A stretch of 64,000 nucleotides of DNA. It comes from Chiloscyllium plagiosum. Taxonomy: Eukaryota. The stretch's first letter is position 1. Each line of letters starts with the position of its first letter. Shown one piece after another: positions 35,998 through 49,105 of this stretch. The stretch lies in assembly GCF_004010195.1 (NCBI RefSeq), contig NC_057718.1, positions 88,699,728-88,763,727 on the forward strand. The letters are read 5' to 3'. A model generated the notes under the pieces. The model ran no database searches, was not told the origin of the DNA, and was given only the letters and a program-made list of their open reading frames with translations. The position numbers and the translations under genes were made by a program.

Positions 35998-38912
35998 TTT
36001 TTTAATAGAATTTTAATTGAAAATTTAACATATTTTTACAAGTTTACAAATAAAAAAAAACCCAAGTATAAACATTGATATACAATTAAATCTTGAATAA
36101 ATAATAACCAAAATTTATCAAACAAAAAAATGATACCGAGAAAAAAAACCAAAACTCAACTAACTACTAATTAACCTACAACTAGCCAGAGTGAACAATT
36201 AAGTCTCTTACATTATTCAAAGAAGAGAAAAAAAAACGACAGACAACACAGAAATTGAGTCATGAGATACATGCTCGGAATGTATTACCATCAAATCGTA
36301 ACATAACCCGTATTCGTGCGGATTCCTCTCCCAAGGAGCCCTGGACCAGCCAGGTTCGACATCTCCATTAAATAAAAGCCCTTGTTAGGATGGGCAAAAT
36401 ATCTGTATTTATGTAATTCAAGAAGGGCTGCCATATTTTATGGAATGATGCGGTCTTTTGGTGCACCATTATTTGTAAGGAAGTCAAGGGGAATACATTC
36501 CATGATTAATCTGTGTCAATTCGAAAGTCCAGGGGGGCCCTCAGCCACCAAGTTTACCAAAATATTTTTCCTTGCACAGAAAGAGAGAATAGAAAATAAT
36601 CTCTTCCCATGCATATCCAGGGTGGATAACTTCGAAAAGCCCAAAAGGAGAGATACAGGGTCCACTCTAATTTCCGTTCCTAAGATCTCTGTCAGAGCAC
36701 TTGCTACTTTAGTCCAATATCTACAGATCTTATGACAGGTCCATAAGCAATGTGCAAGAGTGCCCACCTCTTTTACGTTTGGACACATTGGAGATGCTCC
36801 TGCCTTAAATTTTGCCCATCGGTCCGGTGCTATATGGGTCCAATGAAGTATCTTCAACTGAATGGCCTGAGTTCTGTTGCAGATGGTGATTCTTCTGGCA
36901 TTTTCCCATAGCACTCTACGTTCTTTATCTGATTTATAAAGACTATCTAATAACGTAGTCTTCTTCTGTATATATTTGGAAATATCGAAAGAGGTCTCTG
37001 TTAGGTAATCCAAATTTCTGACGCAGCTGTTCAAAAGACATCAGGACCCCTTCTTTAAACAGATCCTCGAAACAGGAGATACGCCTGGATCTCCAGAGTT
37101 TGAAAGTGGCATCTGTAAGCCCCGGTTGAAATCTCCATGTTCCCACTATCGGAGCATAGGGGGATGTTTTATGTGAGTTGCCCTCATTTTGCCACATTAT
37201 ATTCCAAGCTTTAATTGTGTTTAGTATTATCGGGTTTTTACAGTGATCCGTGATGATTTTCCTCTTGTCTGAAAATAAGAGGTTAATAAGTGGGCATTTT
37301 ACTTGAGAAGCCTTGATGTCCAGCCAGATTGATTGCGGCAGACAAGACCCAATTGGCTATGTAACTTAATAGGGAACTTAACTGATATTTCCTAAAATCT
37401 GGGAAATCCAATCCTCCCCTTGCCTGTGGAAGCTGTAGCTGCTTCAGCTTAATGAGGGGCCGTCTATGATTCCAGATAAAGGAACCCANNNNNNNNNNNN
37501 NNNNNNNNNNNNNNNNNNNNNNNNNNNNNNNNNNNNNNNNNNNNNNNNNNNNNNNNNNNNNNNNNNNNNNNNNNNNNNNNNNNNNNNNNNNNNNNNNNNN
37601 NNNNNNNNNNNNNNNNNNNNNNNNNNNNNNNNNNNNNNNNNNNNNNNNNNNNNNNNNNNNNNNNNNNNNNNNNNNNNNNNNNNNNNNNNNNNNNNNNNNN
37701 NNNNNNNNNNNNNNNNNNNNNNNNNNNNNNNNNNNNNNNNNNNNNNNNNNNNNNNNNNNNNNNNNNNNNNNNNNNNNNNNNNNNNNNNNNNNNNNNNNNN
37801 NNNNNNNNNNNNNNNNNNNNNNNNNNNNNNNNNNNNNNNNNNNNNNNNNNNNNNNNCCAGATTGATTGTGGATCAGACAAGACCCAATCAGCTATGTAAC
37901 TTAATAGGGAACTTAACTGATATTTCCTAAATTCTGAAAAATCCAATCCTCCCCTTGCCTGTGGAAGCTGTAGCTGCTTCAGCTTAATGAGGGGCCGTCT
38001 ATGATTCCAGATAAAGGAACCCAGCCAGCCATATAATTTACATAGTGCCAGCCTCGACAGCATCATTGGAAGCATTCTCATAGGGTATAGGAGATGGGAC
38101 AGGACATTCATTTTAATTAGTGCTATTCTATTTCGCCAGGAAATTGGAAGGTCTCCCCATTACTGGAGGTCCTGCCTTATCCTTTCCAGTAAATGCATAA
38201 AGTTAGCCTTGTATAACTGATCAAATACTGGGGTAATAAAAATGCCTAAATACAAGAAACCCTCCAGGGACCACCGAAAGGGAAAGTGGGATCAGTCCAA
38301 TAAGTGGGATATACTAGCAAGGCCACACATTGGCATAGCCTCCGATTTTGAGAAATTAATTTTATAGCCTGAAAATACCCTAAATGTATTAATAACTTGA
38401 ATTAAGCAAGGCACAGACATCAAAGGATTACTGAGAAATAGAAGAACATCATCTGCACAAAGGGTAATTTTATGTTTACCTGTACCAATCCTCGAGGCTG
38501 TTGTATTAGGGTCAGCCCATATAGCTTCTGCTAGTGGCTCAATTATTAGCGTAAATAGCATTGGCGAAAGAGGACATCCCTGACGGCAGCCCCTATCCGC
38601 ACTGAAGGTATGCAAGCCTAATCCATTGGTAATCACAACTGCTTTGGGATCACTATACAGTATTGAGACCCATTTGGTAAACACCTTTCCAACGCCAAAC
38701 CTTTCCAATGTGTAAAACAAATATGACCATTCAACCCTGTTGAATGCCTTTTCCGCGTCGAATGAGACTACTACTCCTGGTATCTTTCCCTGATGGCAGG
38801 CTTGAATCACATTCAAAGCCCTTCTAACATTATTGGATGATTTATGTACCTTAATAAACCCCGTCTGATCCTCCTTTATGATATGTGGAAGTACCCTTTC
38901 TAGCCTCAATGC
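35998..38912 (-). mobile_element. L1-clade LINE, 5'-truncated ORF2 plus 3' UTR and poly(A)
   Basis: IIKEDQTGFI, DAEKAFNRVEW, RGCRQGCPLSP, LCADDVLLFL and a C-terminal CP...HCLWTC zinc-knuckle-like motif. T-run at the left end. CCAGCCTT at 35990-35997 and 38913-38920. Confidence 0.9.
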
Positions 38913-39762
38913 CCAGCCTTGGTTTTAAATTTGAAGTAGAATTTGACCGCTAGTAAGCATAAACTTGATATCTGCCACTTGCGTTTAGCTGCTGAGAATC
39001 TCCACTATCGCCACTTGCAGCACCAGAAGCAGCTGCCTTAAAGACGTTAGCATGTGAAATGCACATTATTCCATAGATAAGCCCCACCCCACTTTTGGCT
39101 CTCCTAGTTAAAGGAGAATCCCAACCATACCAGGAAAAACACACAAACAAATTTCCTGCTGTTACCAGAATGTTTGAAAGTTCCAGTCCAGAGCTGCTGC
39201 AACCAATTAGAGCTGCTACAATGTTACGCCTTCTGGTTGGTGATCTTGAAGTGGCAGTGCGCCTACCTCAGAGCTAGGATACATTAGTTCAAGTCCAACC
39301 AACTGCAGAGGTGTGTCTTAACATCTCCCAACAGGTCGATTAAAATAACTGTTATTCCTTCTGTGTAAAGCCCACATTCTGTCATCGGCAAGCTGCAGTG
39401 TCTGGGCCACTATTGTTGACACCACAAGCACGTAGGATGCAGGCACCACACATGCAGTGTCAACCACCTGCATTAAAGATGGTACAGACTAAACACAAAA
39501 AAAAAGGGAAAACCACTTTGCCTTATATTGCAGTTTAAAATCTCCCGGAATGCTTTCTTTGGCCACAGGGCGTTTGCTGATGATTTTGATAGATTTCCAG
39601 TCATTCCTAGTGTGTTAGCAGCCAATGGGATGCATCTGGGAATGCTGAGGAATGTGCCAGAAAATGGTGTAACGGCAGATTTTACATCTAAATGTAGTTC
39701 AGTCAGTTTAATTTTAGTAGTGGAAATGCTTCTATAAACAATATTCCTAGACAAAAAAATTA

Positions 39763-40110
39763 GTCATAGTTTTAGAGATGTACGGCACAGAAACAGATTC
39801 TTTTGTCCACCTTGTTCATGCCAACCAGATATCCTAACAATCTAGTCTCATTTGCCAGCACTTGGCCCATATCCCTTTAAACCCTTCATATACCCATCCA
39901 GATGTCTTAAATTCTGTATTTGTACCCGCCTCCACTACTTTTTCTGGCAGCTTATTCCATACACGCACCACCCTCTGTGTGAAGAAGTTGCCTCTTAGGT
40001 CCTTTTTATATCTTGCCCCTCTCACCCTAAACCTATGCCCTCTAGTTCTGGACTCACCCATCCCAGGGAAAAGGCCTTGTCTATTTATCCTATCCATGCC
40101 CCTTGTGATT
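39763..40110 (-). mobile_element. CR1 3' end fragment
   Basis: GESRTRGHRFRVRG...FFTQRVVRVWN on the minus strand. Confidence 0.85.
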
Positions 40111-40199
40111 AATTAACAAGTGCCAGTCAAAATATGTTAAAGTCATTGTGTTCAACTAAATTGATGGTGTTTTATTGATAAAGTAACAAGGAGGGTTGT

Positions 40200-42785
40200 T
40201 ATCTGTAAGAATAATAGGGTAGTTACAGTTGGGGATTTTAACTTTGCAAATGTAGACTGGGACTGCCATATGTTAAAGGTTTAGATGGAGAGGAATTTCT
40301 TAAGTGCGTACAAAACAATTTTCTGATTCAGTATGTGGATGTACCTACTAGAGAAGGTGCAAAACTTGACCTACTCTTGGGAAATAAGGCAGGGCAGGTG
40401 ACTGAGGTGTCAGTGGGGCAAAGGGTTTTTAGAAATATATTAAGGACAAAAGGGTAACTAGGGAGTGAATAGGGCCCCTCAAAGATCAGCAAGGTGGCCT
40501 TTGTGTGGAGCCACAGAAAATGGGGGAGATACTAAATGAATATTTTGCATCAGTATTTACTGTGGAAAAGGATATGGAAGATATAGACTGTAGGGAAATA
40601 GATGGTGACATCTTGCAAAATGTCCAGATTACAGAGGAGGAAGTGCTGAATGTCTTGAACCGGGTAAAGGTGGATAAATCCCCAGGACCTGATCAGGTAT
40701 ACCCGAGAACTCTTTGGGAAGCCAGAGAAGTGATTGCTGGGTCTCTTACTGAGATATTTGTATCATCGATAGTCACAGGTGAGGTGCCAGAAGACTGGAG
40801 GTTGGTAAACGTGGTGACATCTGCAAACTTACTAACTGTACCTCTTGTGCTCACACCCAAATCATTTATGTAAATGACAAAAAGTAGACGGCCCAGCACC
40901 GATCCTTGTGGTACTCCACTGGTCACAGGCCTCCAGTCGGAAAAACAACCCTGTTTAAGAAGGGCGGTAAAGACAAGCCAGGGAACTGTAGACTGGTGAG
41001 CCTGACCTCAGTGGTGGGCAAATTGTTGGAGGGAATCCTGAGGGACAGGATGTACATGTATTTGGAAAGGCAAGGACTGATTAGGGATCATTTGTGCATG
41101 GGAAATCATGTCTCACAAACTTGATTGTGTTTTTGAAGAGGTAACAAAGAGGATTGATGAGGGGAGAGCAGTAGATGTGATCTATATGGACTTCAGTAAG
41201 GCGTTCGACAAGGTTCCCCATGGGAGAATGATTAGCAAGGTTAGATCTCATGGAATACAGGGAGAACTAGCCATTTGGATACAGAACTGGCTCAAAGGCA
41301 AGAATACAGAGGGTGGTGGTGGAGGGTTGTTTTTCCGACTGGAGGCCTGTGACCAGTGGAGTACCACAAGGATCGGTGCTGGGCCGTCTACTTTTTGTCA
41401 TTTACATAAATGATTTGGGTTTGAGCACAAGAGGTACAGTTAGTAAGTTTGCAGATGACACCAAAATTGGAGGTGTAGTGGACAGCGAAGAGGGTTACCT
41501 CAGATTATAACAGGATCTGGACCAGATGGGCCAATGGGCTGAGAAGTGGCAGATGGAGTTTAATTCAGATAAATGCGAGGTGCTGCATTTTGGGAAAGCA
41601 AATCTTAGCAGGACTTCTACACTTAATGATAGGGTCCTAGGAAGTGTTGCTGAACAAAGAAGCCTTGGAGTGCAGGTTCATAGCTCCTTGAAAGTAGAGT
41701 CGCAGGTAGATAGGGTAGGGAAGAAGGCATTTGGTATGCTTTCCTTTATTGGTCAGAGTATTGAGTATAGGAGTTGGGAGGTCATGTTGCGGTTGTACAA
41801 GACATTGGTTAGGCCACTGTTGGACTATTGCATGCAACTCTGGTCTCTTTCCTATCGGAAAGATGTTGTGAAATTTGAAAGGGTTCAGAAAAGATTTACA
41901 AGGATGTTGCTAGGGTTGGAGGATCTGAGCTACAGGGAGAGGCTGAACAGGCTGGGGCTGTTTTCCCTGGATCGTTGGAGGCTGAGGGGTGACCTTATAG
42001 NNNNNNNNNNNNNNNNNNNNNNNNNNNNNNNNNNNNNNNNNNNNNNNNNNNNNNNNNNNNNNNNNNNNNNNNNNNNNNNNNNNNNNNNNNNNNNNNNNNN
42101 NNNNNNNNNNNNNNNNNNNNNNNNNNNNNNNNNNNNNNNNNNNNNNNNNNNNNNNNNNNNNNNNNNNNNNNNNNNNNNNNNNNNNNNNNNNNNNNNNNNN
42201 NNNNNNNNNNNNNNNNNNNNNNNNNNNNNNNNNNNNNNNNNNNNNNNNNNNNNNNNNNNNNNNNNNNNNNNNNNNNNNNNNNNNNNNNNNNNNNNNNNNN
42301 NNNNNNNNNNNNNNNNNNNNNNNNNNNNNNNNNNNNNNNNNNNNNNNNNNNNNNNNNNNNNNNNNNNNNNNNNNNNNNNNNNNNNNNNNNNNNNNNNNNN
42401 NNNNNNNNNNNNNNNNNNNNNNNNNNNNNNNNNNNNNNNNNNNNNNNNNNNNNNNNNNNNNNNNNNNNNNNNNNNNNNNNNNNNNNNNNNNNNNNNNNNN
42501 NNNNNNNNNNNNNNNNNNNNNNNNNNNNNNNNNNNNNNNNNNNNNNNNNNNNNNNNNNNNNNNNNNNNNNNNNNNNNNNNNNNNNTGGAATGAGCTGCCA
42601 GAGGAACTGGTGGAGGCTGGTACAATTGCAACATTTAAGAGGCATTTGGATGGGTATATGAATAGGATGGGTTTGGAGAGATATGGGCCGGGTGCTGGCA
42701 GGTGGGACTAGATTGGGTTGGAATATCTGGTCAGCATGGATGGGTTGGACCGAAGGGTCTGTTTCCATACTGTACATTTCTATGA
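40200..42785 (+). mobile_element. CR1 LINE (ORF2 endonuclease end, RT, 3' UTR) spanning a gap
   Basis: [50 protein letters not shown]. Confidence 0.9.
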
Positions 42786-45173
42786 AAGGTAGAAAGAGAG
42801 GCAAGAGAAGAGAGGGAGCGGCGTTTTTGATAAGGGATAGCATTACAGCTGTACTTAGGGTATTCCTTGAAATACACCCAGCGAAGTTATCTGGTTGGAA
42901 CAGAGAAGTAAAAAAGGGATGGTCACCTTATTGGGATTGTATTATTGACTCCATAATAGTCAGTGGGAGATTGAGAAACAACATGTGAGGAGATTTCAGT
43001 TATCTGTAAGAAAAAAGGGTGGTTATGGTAGGGGATTTTAACTTTCCAAACATAGACTGAGACTGTCATAGTATTAAGGATTTAGATGGAGAGGAATTTG
43101 TCGAGACTGTACAAGAGAATCTCCTGATTCAGTTTGTGGATATGTCCACTAGAGAAGGTGCAAAACTTGACCTACTGTTGGGAAATAAAGAAGGGCAGGT
43201 GACTGAGGTGTCAGTGGGGGAGCACTTTGGGACCAGCAACAATAATTCTATTAGTTTTAAAATAGTGATGGAAAAGGATAGATCAGATCTAACAGTTGAA
43301 GTAAGAAATTGGCAGAACGCTAATTTTGACGGTATTAGACAAGAACTTTCAAACGTTGATTGGGCACAGATGTTCGCAGGTAAAAGAACGGCTGGAAAAT
43401 GGGAAGCCTTCAGAAATAAGATAACCAGAGTCCAGAGACAGTATATTCCTGTAAGGGCGAAAGGAAGGGCTGGTAGGTGTGGTGAATGCTGGATGACAAG
43501 AGAAATTGAGGGTTTGGTTAAGAAAAAGAAGGAAGCATATGTCAGGGATAGACAGAAGAGATCGATAGAATCTTACAAGATTATAAAGGCATTAGGAGCA
43601 TACTTAAGTGAGAAATCAGGAGGGCAAAAAGGGGACATGTGATAACTTTAGCAAATAGGATTTGGGAGAATCTAAAGGGTTTTTACAAATATGTTAAGGG
43701 CAAAAGGATAGCTAGGGATATGGCCCCTCAAAGATCAGCAAGGCAGCCTTTGTTTGGAGCCGCAGGGGGAGACATTAAACGAGTATTTTGCATCAGTGTT
43801 TGCTGTGAAGAAAGACATGGAAGATATAGAATGTGGGGAAATAGATGCTGACATTTTGAAAAATGTCCATATTACAGAGGAGGAAGTGCTGGATGTCTTG
43901 AAATGCATAAAGGTGGATTAATCCCTAGGACTCTGTGACTCTATGACCTGGTCAGGTGTACCCGAGGACTCTGTGGGAAGCTAGGCAAGTGATTGCTGAG
44001 CCGCTTGCTGAGATATTTGTATTATCAGTAGTCACAGGTGAGGTGCCAGAAGACTGGCGGTTGGTTAACATGGTACCATTATTTACGAAAGGTGGTAAGG
44101 ACAAGCCAGGGAACTATAGACCAGTGAGCCTGACATCGGTGGTGGGCAAGTTGTTGGAGTGAATCCTGAGGGACAGGACGTACATGTATTTGGAAAGGCA
44201 AGGGCTGGTTAGTGATAGTCAACATGGCTTTGAGCGTGGGAAATCATGTCTCATGAACTTGATTGAGTTTTTTGAAAAAATAACATCTGTTGAAGAGGGC
44301 AGAGCAGTGGACATGATCTGTATGGACTCCAATAAGGCATTTGACAGTATTCTCTATGAGACACTGGTTAGCAAGGTTAGATCTCATGGAATACAGGGAG
44401 AACCAGCCATTTGGATACAGAACTGGCTCAAAGTTAGAAGACAGAGTTAGTGGTGGAGGGTTGTTTTTCAGACTGGAGGCCTGTGACCAGTGGAGTGCCA
44501 CAAGGACCGGTGCTGGGTCCACTATTTTTCGTCATTTATATAAATGATTTGGATATGAACATAGGAGGTATAGTTAGTAAGTTTGCAGATAACACCAAAA
44601 TTGGAGGTGTAGTGGACAGTGAAGAAGGTTACCTCAGATTAAACCAGGATCTTGATCAGATGGGCCAATGGGCAGAGAAGTGGTAGATGGAGTTTAATTC
44701 AGATAAATACGAGGTGCTGCATTTTGGGAAAGCAAATCTTAGCAGGACTTATACAGTTAATGATAAGGTCCTGGGGAATGTTGCTGAACAAGAGACCTTG
44801 GAGTGCAGATTCATAGCTCCTTGAAAGAGGAGTCACAGGAGATAGGATAGTGAAGAAGGCGTTTGGTATGCTTTCCTTTATTGGTCAGAGTATTGAGTAC
44901 AGGAGTTGGAAGGTCATGTTGCGGCTGTACAGGACGTTGGTTAGGCCAGTATTGGAATATTGCTTGCAATTCTCGTCTCCTTCCAGAAGTGGTGGAGGCT
45001 GGTAGAAGTGCACCATTTAAAAGGCAGCTGGATGGGTATTTGAATAGGAGGGGTTTGGAGGGATATGGGCCGGGTGCTGGCAAATGGGACTAGATTAGGT
45101 TGGGAAATCTGGACAGCATGGATGAGTTGAACCAAGGGTCTGTTTCTGTGGTATACATCTCTATGACTCTATG
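42786..45173 (+). mobile_element. CR1 LINE, longer ORF2 remnant directly after the previous copy
   Basis: TREGAKLDLLLGN (APE end), KPGNYRPVSLTSVVGKLLE, GVPQGPVLGP; ends in ctatgactctatga. Confidence 0.9.
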
Positions 45174-45334
45174 ATCAAACTCCTACACATCTACACATTG
45201 CATCCTGTGAATGGAAGGACATTTCAACTTTTACTGATGGATGCAGGATAGGATATCAGAAAATGAGAGAAGAAGGGCTCAACGCTGTTTTGGTCATATG
45301 TTCTTTAACATTGGCACCCTCCTTCAAGAAAAGA

Positions 45335-45765
45335 TTTGAGCTATAGGGAGAGGCTGAACAGGTTTGGGCTGTTTTCCCTGGAGCGTCGGAGGCTGAGGGG
45401 GTGACCTTGTAGAGGTTTACAAAATTATGAGGGGCATGGATAGGATAAATAGACAAAGTCTTTTTCTTGGGTTGGGGAGTCAAGAACTAGAGGGCATAGG
45501 TTTAGGGTAAGCGGAGAAAGATATAAAAGAGACCTAAGGGGCAACATTTTCTCGCAGAGGGTAGTACGTGTATGGAATGAGCTGCCAGAGGAAGTGGTGG
45601 AGGCTGGTACAATTGCAACATTTACATGGTATTTGGATGGGTATATGAATAGGAAGGGTTTGGAGGGATATGGGCGGGTGCTGGCAGGTGGAACTAGATC
45701 TGGTCGGCATGGACGGGTTGGACCGAAAGGTCTGTTTCCATGCTGTACATCTCTAAGACTCTATA
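45335..45765 (+). mobile_element. CR1 3' end fragment
   Basis: Near-identical to the 3' ends of the other CR1 copies. Confidence 0.85.
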
Positions 45766-46096
45766 AGTAACGATTCTTTATTCCACGGGCATCATGTCAT
45801 TACAAACATGAAGGAAATTAAATTTCACTAAGGAAATATTTACATAAAATGAAGCCTATTGTTTAGATTGAATTGAGGAATCGTTTGTCTGTCTGGTTCT
45901 TCTTCCCTTGAACACTCCTTCCCCCATCCTTTGATTTACCCAGAGAGGGTCCATTTAACTGCTTCAGCTGCCCTCCCTAATCATCGCCACCTGCTGCCAG
46001 AAGTCCTGACACAACTGCTCGAGCTCTCCTGCTCACTATCCTTATTTACTTTTGTCCCCTACTGCTGAGAGTTCTCATTCACATGTCTAGTGCTGC

Positions 46097-46227
46097 ATCC
46101 TGAAGAAGGGCTAATGCCCGAAACGTCGATTCTCCTGTTCCCTAGATGCTGCCTGACCTGCTGCGTTTTTCCAGCAACACATTTCCATCTCTGATCTCCA
46201 GCATCTGCAGACCTCACTTTCTCCTCC
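46097..46227 (+). mobile_element. Solo Penelope-like family B terminus starting at an intact hammerhead core, 15-bp TSD
   Basis: CTGAAGA-A-GGGC-TAAT-GCCC-GAAA-CGTC at 46100-46127. CTAGTGCTGCATCCT at 46087-46101 and 46228-46242. Confidence 0.85.
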
Positions 46228-48604
46228 CTAGTGCTGCATCCTACCAAACTTTGTGTCCTGGGCTCTGAAAAAATGGGGTAAGAATCATATCCACAAATAA
46301 AGAATGTTGAATAGTCATCAAGGTCACTCAAGTCTGAAATTGGTTATTCCAGATTCCCACTGCCCTTTCATTCCTGGATGTAATTTCAAGAGAATATTCT
46401 CTCTAAACCTTTCAGCTTCTTTACCTGTCCAACTTTAAGATGCTCCTTAACAACCTCTCTCTTTCATTAAGCTTTTGGTCACCTGGCCCAATAGCCTTTT
46501 TTAAGTGTCTTGGTGTTAAATCTTGATTATGATGATCCACAAAGTTGAGATGTTTAACCTTATTAAAGATGTTAACCAAATGGATCTTGAAGGTACCTGT
46601 TAAAAATAGTGTTTAAAAATATATTTTCCATTACCATAAACTAGTTGGCCAGATAGGGCATTGAGATGTACCCATCACACATATTTCTTCTTATGTACAT
46701 TTACACCTTCAGATTAAAATGGTTGCTGTAACACCTGTAATGATATGCCTGCTGATTAGCTTAAATTGAAAGAGTTCGCCCAAAGCTGGAGATCAAGACA
46801 GACAAATTTCCCATTTGTGCACCATAGCAGTGCAGGGTGCTAGGATCTGGTTCTAATGGGAAGCTGCATTGTTGTGGGATGGGTGGTGCTTTAAATCTTA
46901 AAGATTCAATGGGATCAATTAATAATGGAGTAATCTATTGCACTTTCTCAGCATTGTGATTTTTAAAAATATACTTGAAGTTCTTTTCAGCTATGCTAGG
47001 TGCGCATAGCTGGTATCGCTGTATTGATGCCCAAGGTCTGCAGCAGAGGTTGTCCCCTGCCATTCAGCCACTGTCTTGTGGAGTTGGACTCCCCCCAAAA
47101 AATAGGATTATTCTAAATGATCCTGATTCTTGGATGTCATCAGAAGGAGGCCACTGAAGCAAGTGTAAAACTTATGTTCCTGAACTTCAACATGAGAACA
47201 GAATCTGTCCAATGAAATCTATACCCAAGAAGACTGAAGAAGCTGGAGCTTTTGAGGATAAATCAGAGAAGATAAAATATGTAAAGGACATATGATAATT
47301 TGATTCATAAATGTAATTGTCATATTTTGTTTTTATTTTTCAAACTCTATATCAGACACACAAATTCCAGTTATTTAGGAAAATAAATGTGCATTTTGAG
47401 TGATTTATTTAATGTTGGGAATGAATAATTATTCTTCAGGGCTACTTTGAAAATAATTAAGAACTTTAATGATGAGAACATTTTCTGGATTAAAATTAAT
47501 TTCACCATATTATTTCTTTATAATGAAGCCAACAGTTTAAAGTGTGCTATGGTTTGCCTATTCCTTACTGGAAATAAGTAACTTTGGAAAAGCATCTAAG
47601 CTCCTTTCAAGAAAATAAGAGATAAGGTTTATTATCTAATTACTGAAAAACCTGGCTTTGAGAGGATTGTGGGCTCCTATGTTAATAACTGCCTAGCAAA
47701 CCCCTCTAAACTTGGAGCTCCAGAGGCAGGAACCATTGTAAAAAAGATACCAAGGAAACTGTGAAACTCCCTCCTGAAGTCCTGTTCACTGTAAAAGTCC
47801 CTGGGACCTGATTGAGCCAAATACCAGGACTGTATTTCTGTCTACCTGGTAAAACCTGAAATCACAGACTGACCAGTCAACAACTCAAACCTACATTAGT
47901 TGGAATCAGAAGTAGACATCTATCATTAATCTCCTGCCCCACTAGCTACTTGACTAAAGAGCAGCACTCCGAAAGCTTGTACTTCCAAATAAACCTGTTG
48001 AATGAGAAAGTGTTTGTTTGCCATTTTATTGTCGTATGTCCTTGTTCGCCTTTTTTCCCTCAATTGACCAAGTCCAGATTTACTTCCTCATAAGTGCTAT
48101 GTGCATCCTGTATAAAATTTCATTGAGTATCATGTACACAGCTAAACTATAATAAGTTTGTACAAAAGCATTAATTCTGTAGAACAACTCCCTGACATTT
48201 CAGGTCAGTAAAATATATATGCTCCACTTTCTGAATATTTAACTGCGATAAATTACCTCCTCTATTCTTTTAGGTACATTGATAACCAGGCCTGATCAAG
48301 CTTCTGTAGTAATACAGCAATTGCTAACAGGTTGTTAATCCTTCCTAATCCTCATCATTCAACATGTAAGATTCAATTGAGCAGAGAACTAAATTATTCC
48401 TACAGGAATCTGCCACGCAAAGTTTGGGTGTGAACCCTGAGAGGTAGGAATTATTTATCAAGTGGCTTTCACAGCCTCAGAACATACCCAAGCACTTTAC
48501 AACCAACAAAAAGTACTTTTTAAATTATTCTCTCTCCTCAGATACGGTCTGTCAATAAATATTGACCCTTGTCTAATCTGTTTTTGCAAACTATCACCCT
48601 ATCT

Positions 48605-49105
48605 TTGTGAAACTTGAAAGGGTTCAGAAATGATTTACAAGGATGTTGCCAGGGTGTTGGAGGATTTGAGTTATAGGGAGAGGCTGAATAGGCTGGAGCT
48701 GTTTTCCCTGGAGCATCAGAGGCTGAGGGATGACTTTATAGAGGTTTACAAAATTATGAGGGGCATGGGTAGGATAAATAGACAAAGTCTTTTCCCTGGG
48801 GTGGGGGAGTCCAGAACTAGAGGGCATAGGTTAAGGGTGAGAGGGGAAAGATATAAAAGAGACCTAAGGGGCAACTTTTTCAGGCAAAGACGCGTGTACT
48901 AAATGAGCTGCCAGAGGAAGTGGCGGAGGTTGGTACAATTGCAACATTTAAAAGGCATCCGGATGGATTTATGAATAGGAAGGGTTTGGAGGGATATGGG
49001 CCGGGTGCTGGCAGGTGGGACTAGATTGGGTTGGGATATCTAGTCGGCTTGGCCAGGTTGGATCGAAGGGTCTGTTTCCGTCCTGTACATTTCTATGATT
49101 CTATG
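48605..49105 (+). mobile_element. CR1 3' end fragment
   Basis: LEDLSYRERLNRLELFSLE...GESRTRGHRLRVRGERYKRDLRGNFF. Confidence 0.9.

Noticed and set aside
37324-38023. ~165-bp direct repeat on both sides of the N-gap in the L1
   Set aside because: Typical unmerged contig overlap inside a repeat; probably an assembly artefact.
41526-42843. Long ORFs containing X runs (also 37464-38111 and 51820-52534)
   Set aside because: They are long only because they cross N-gaps.
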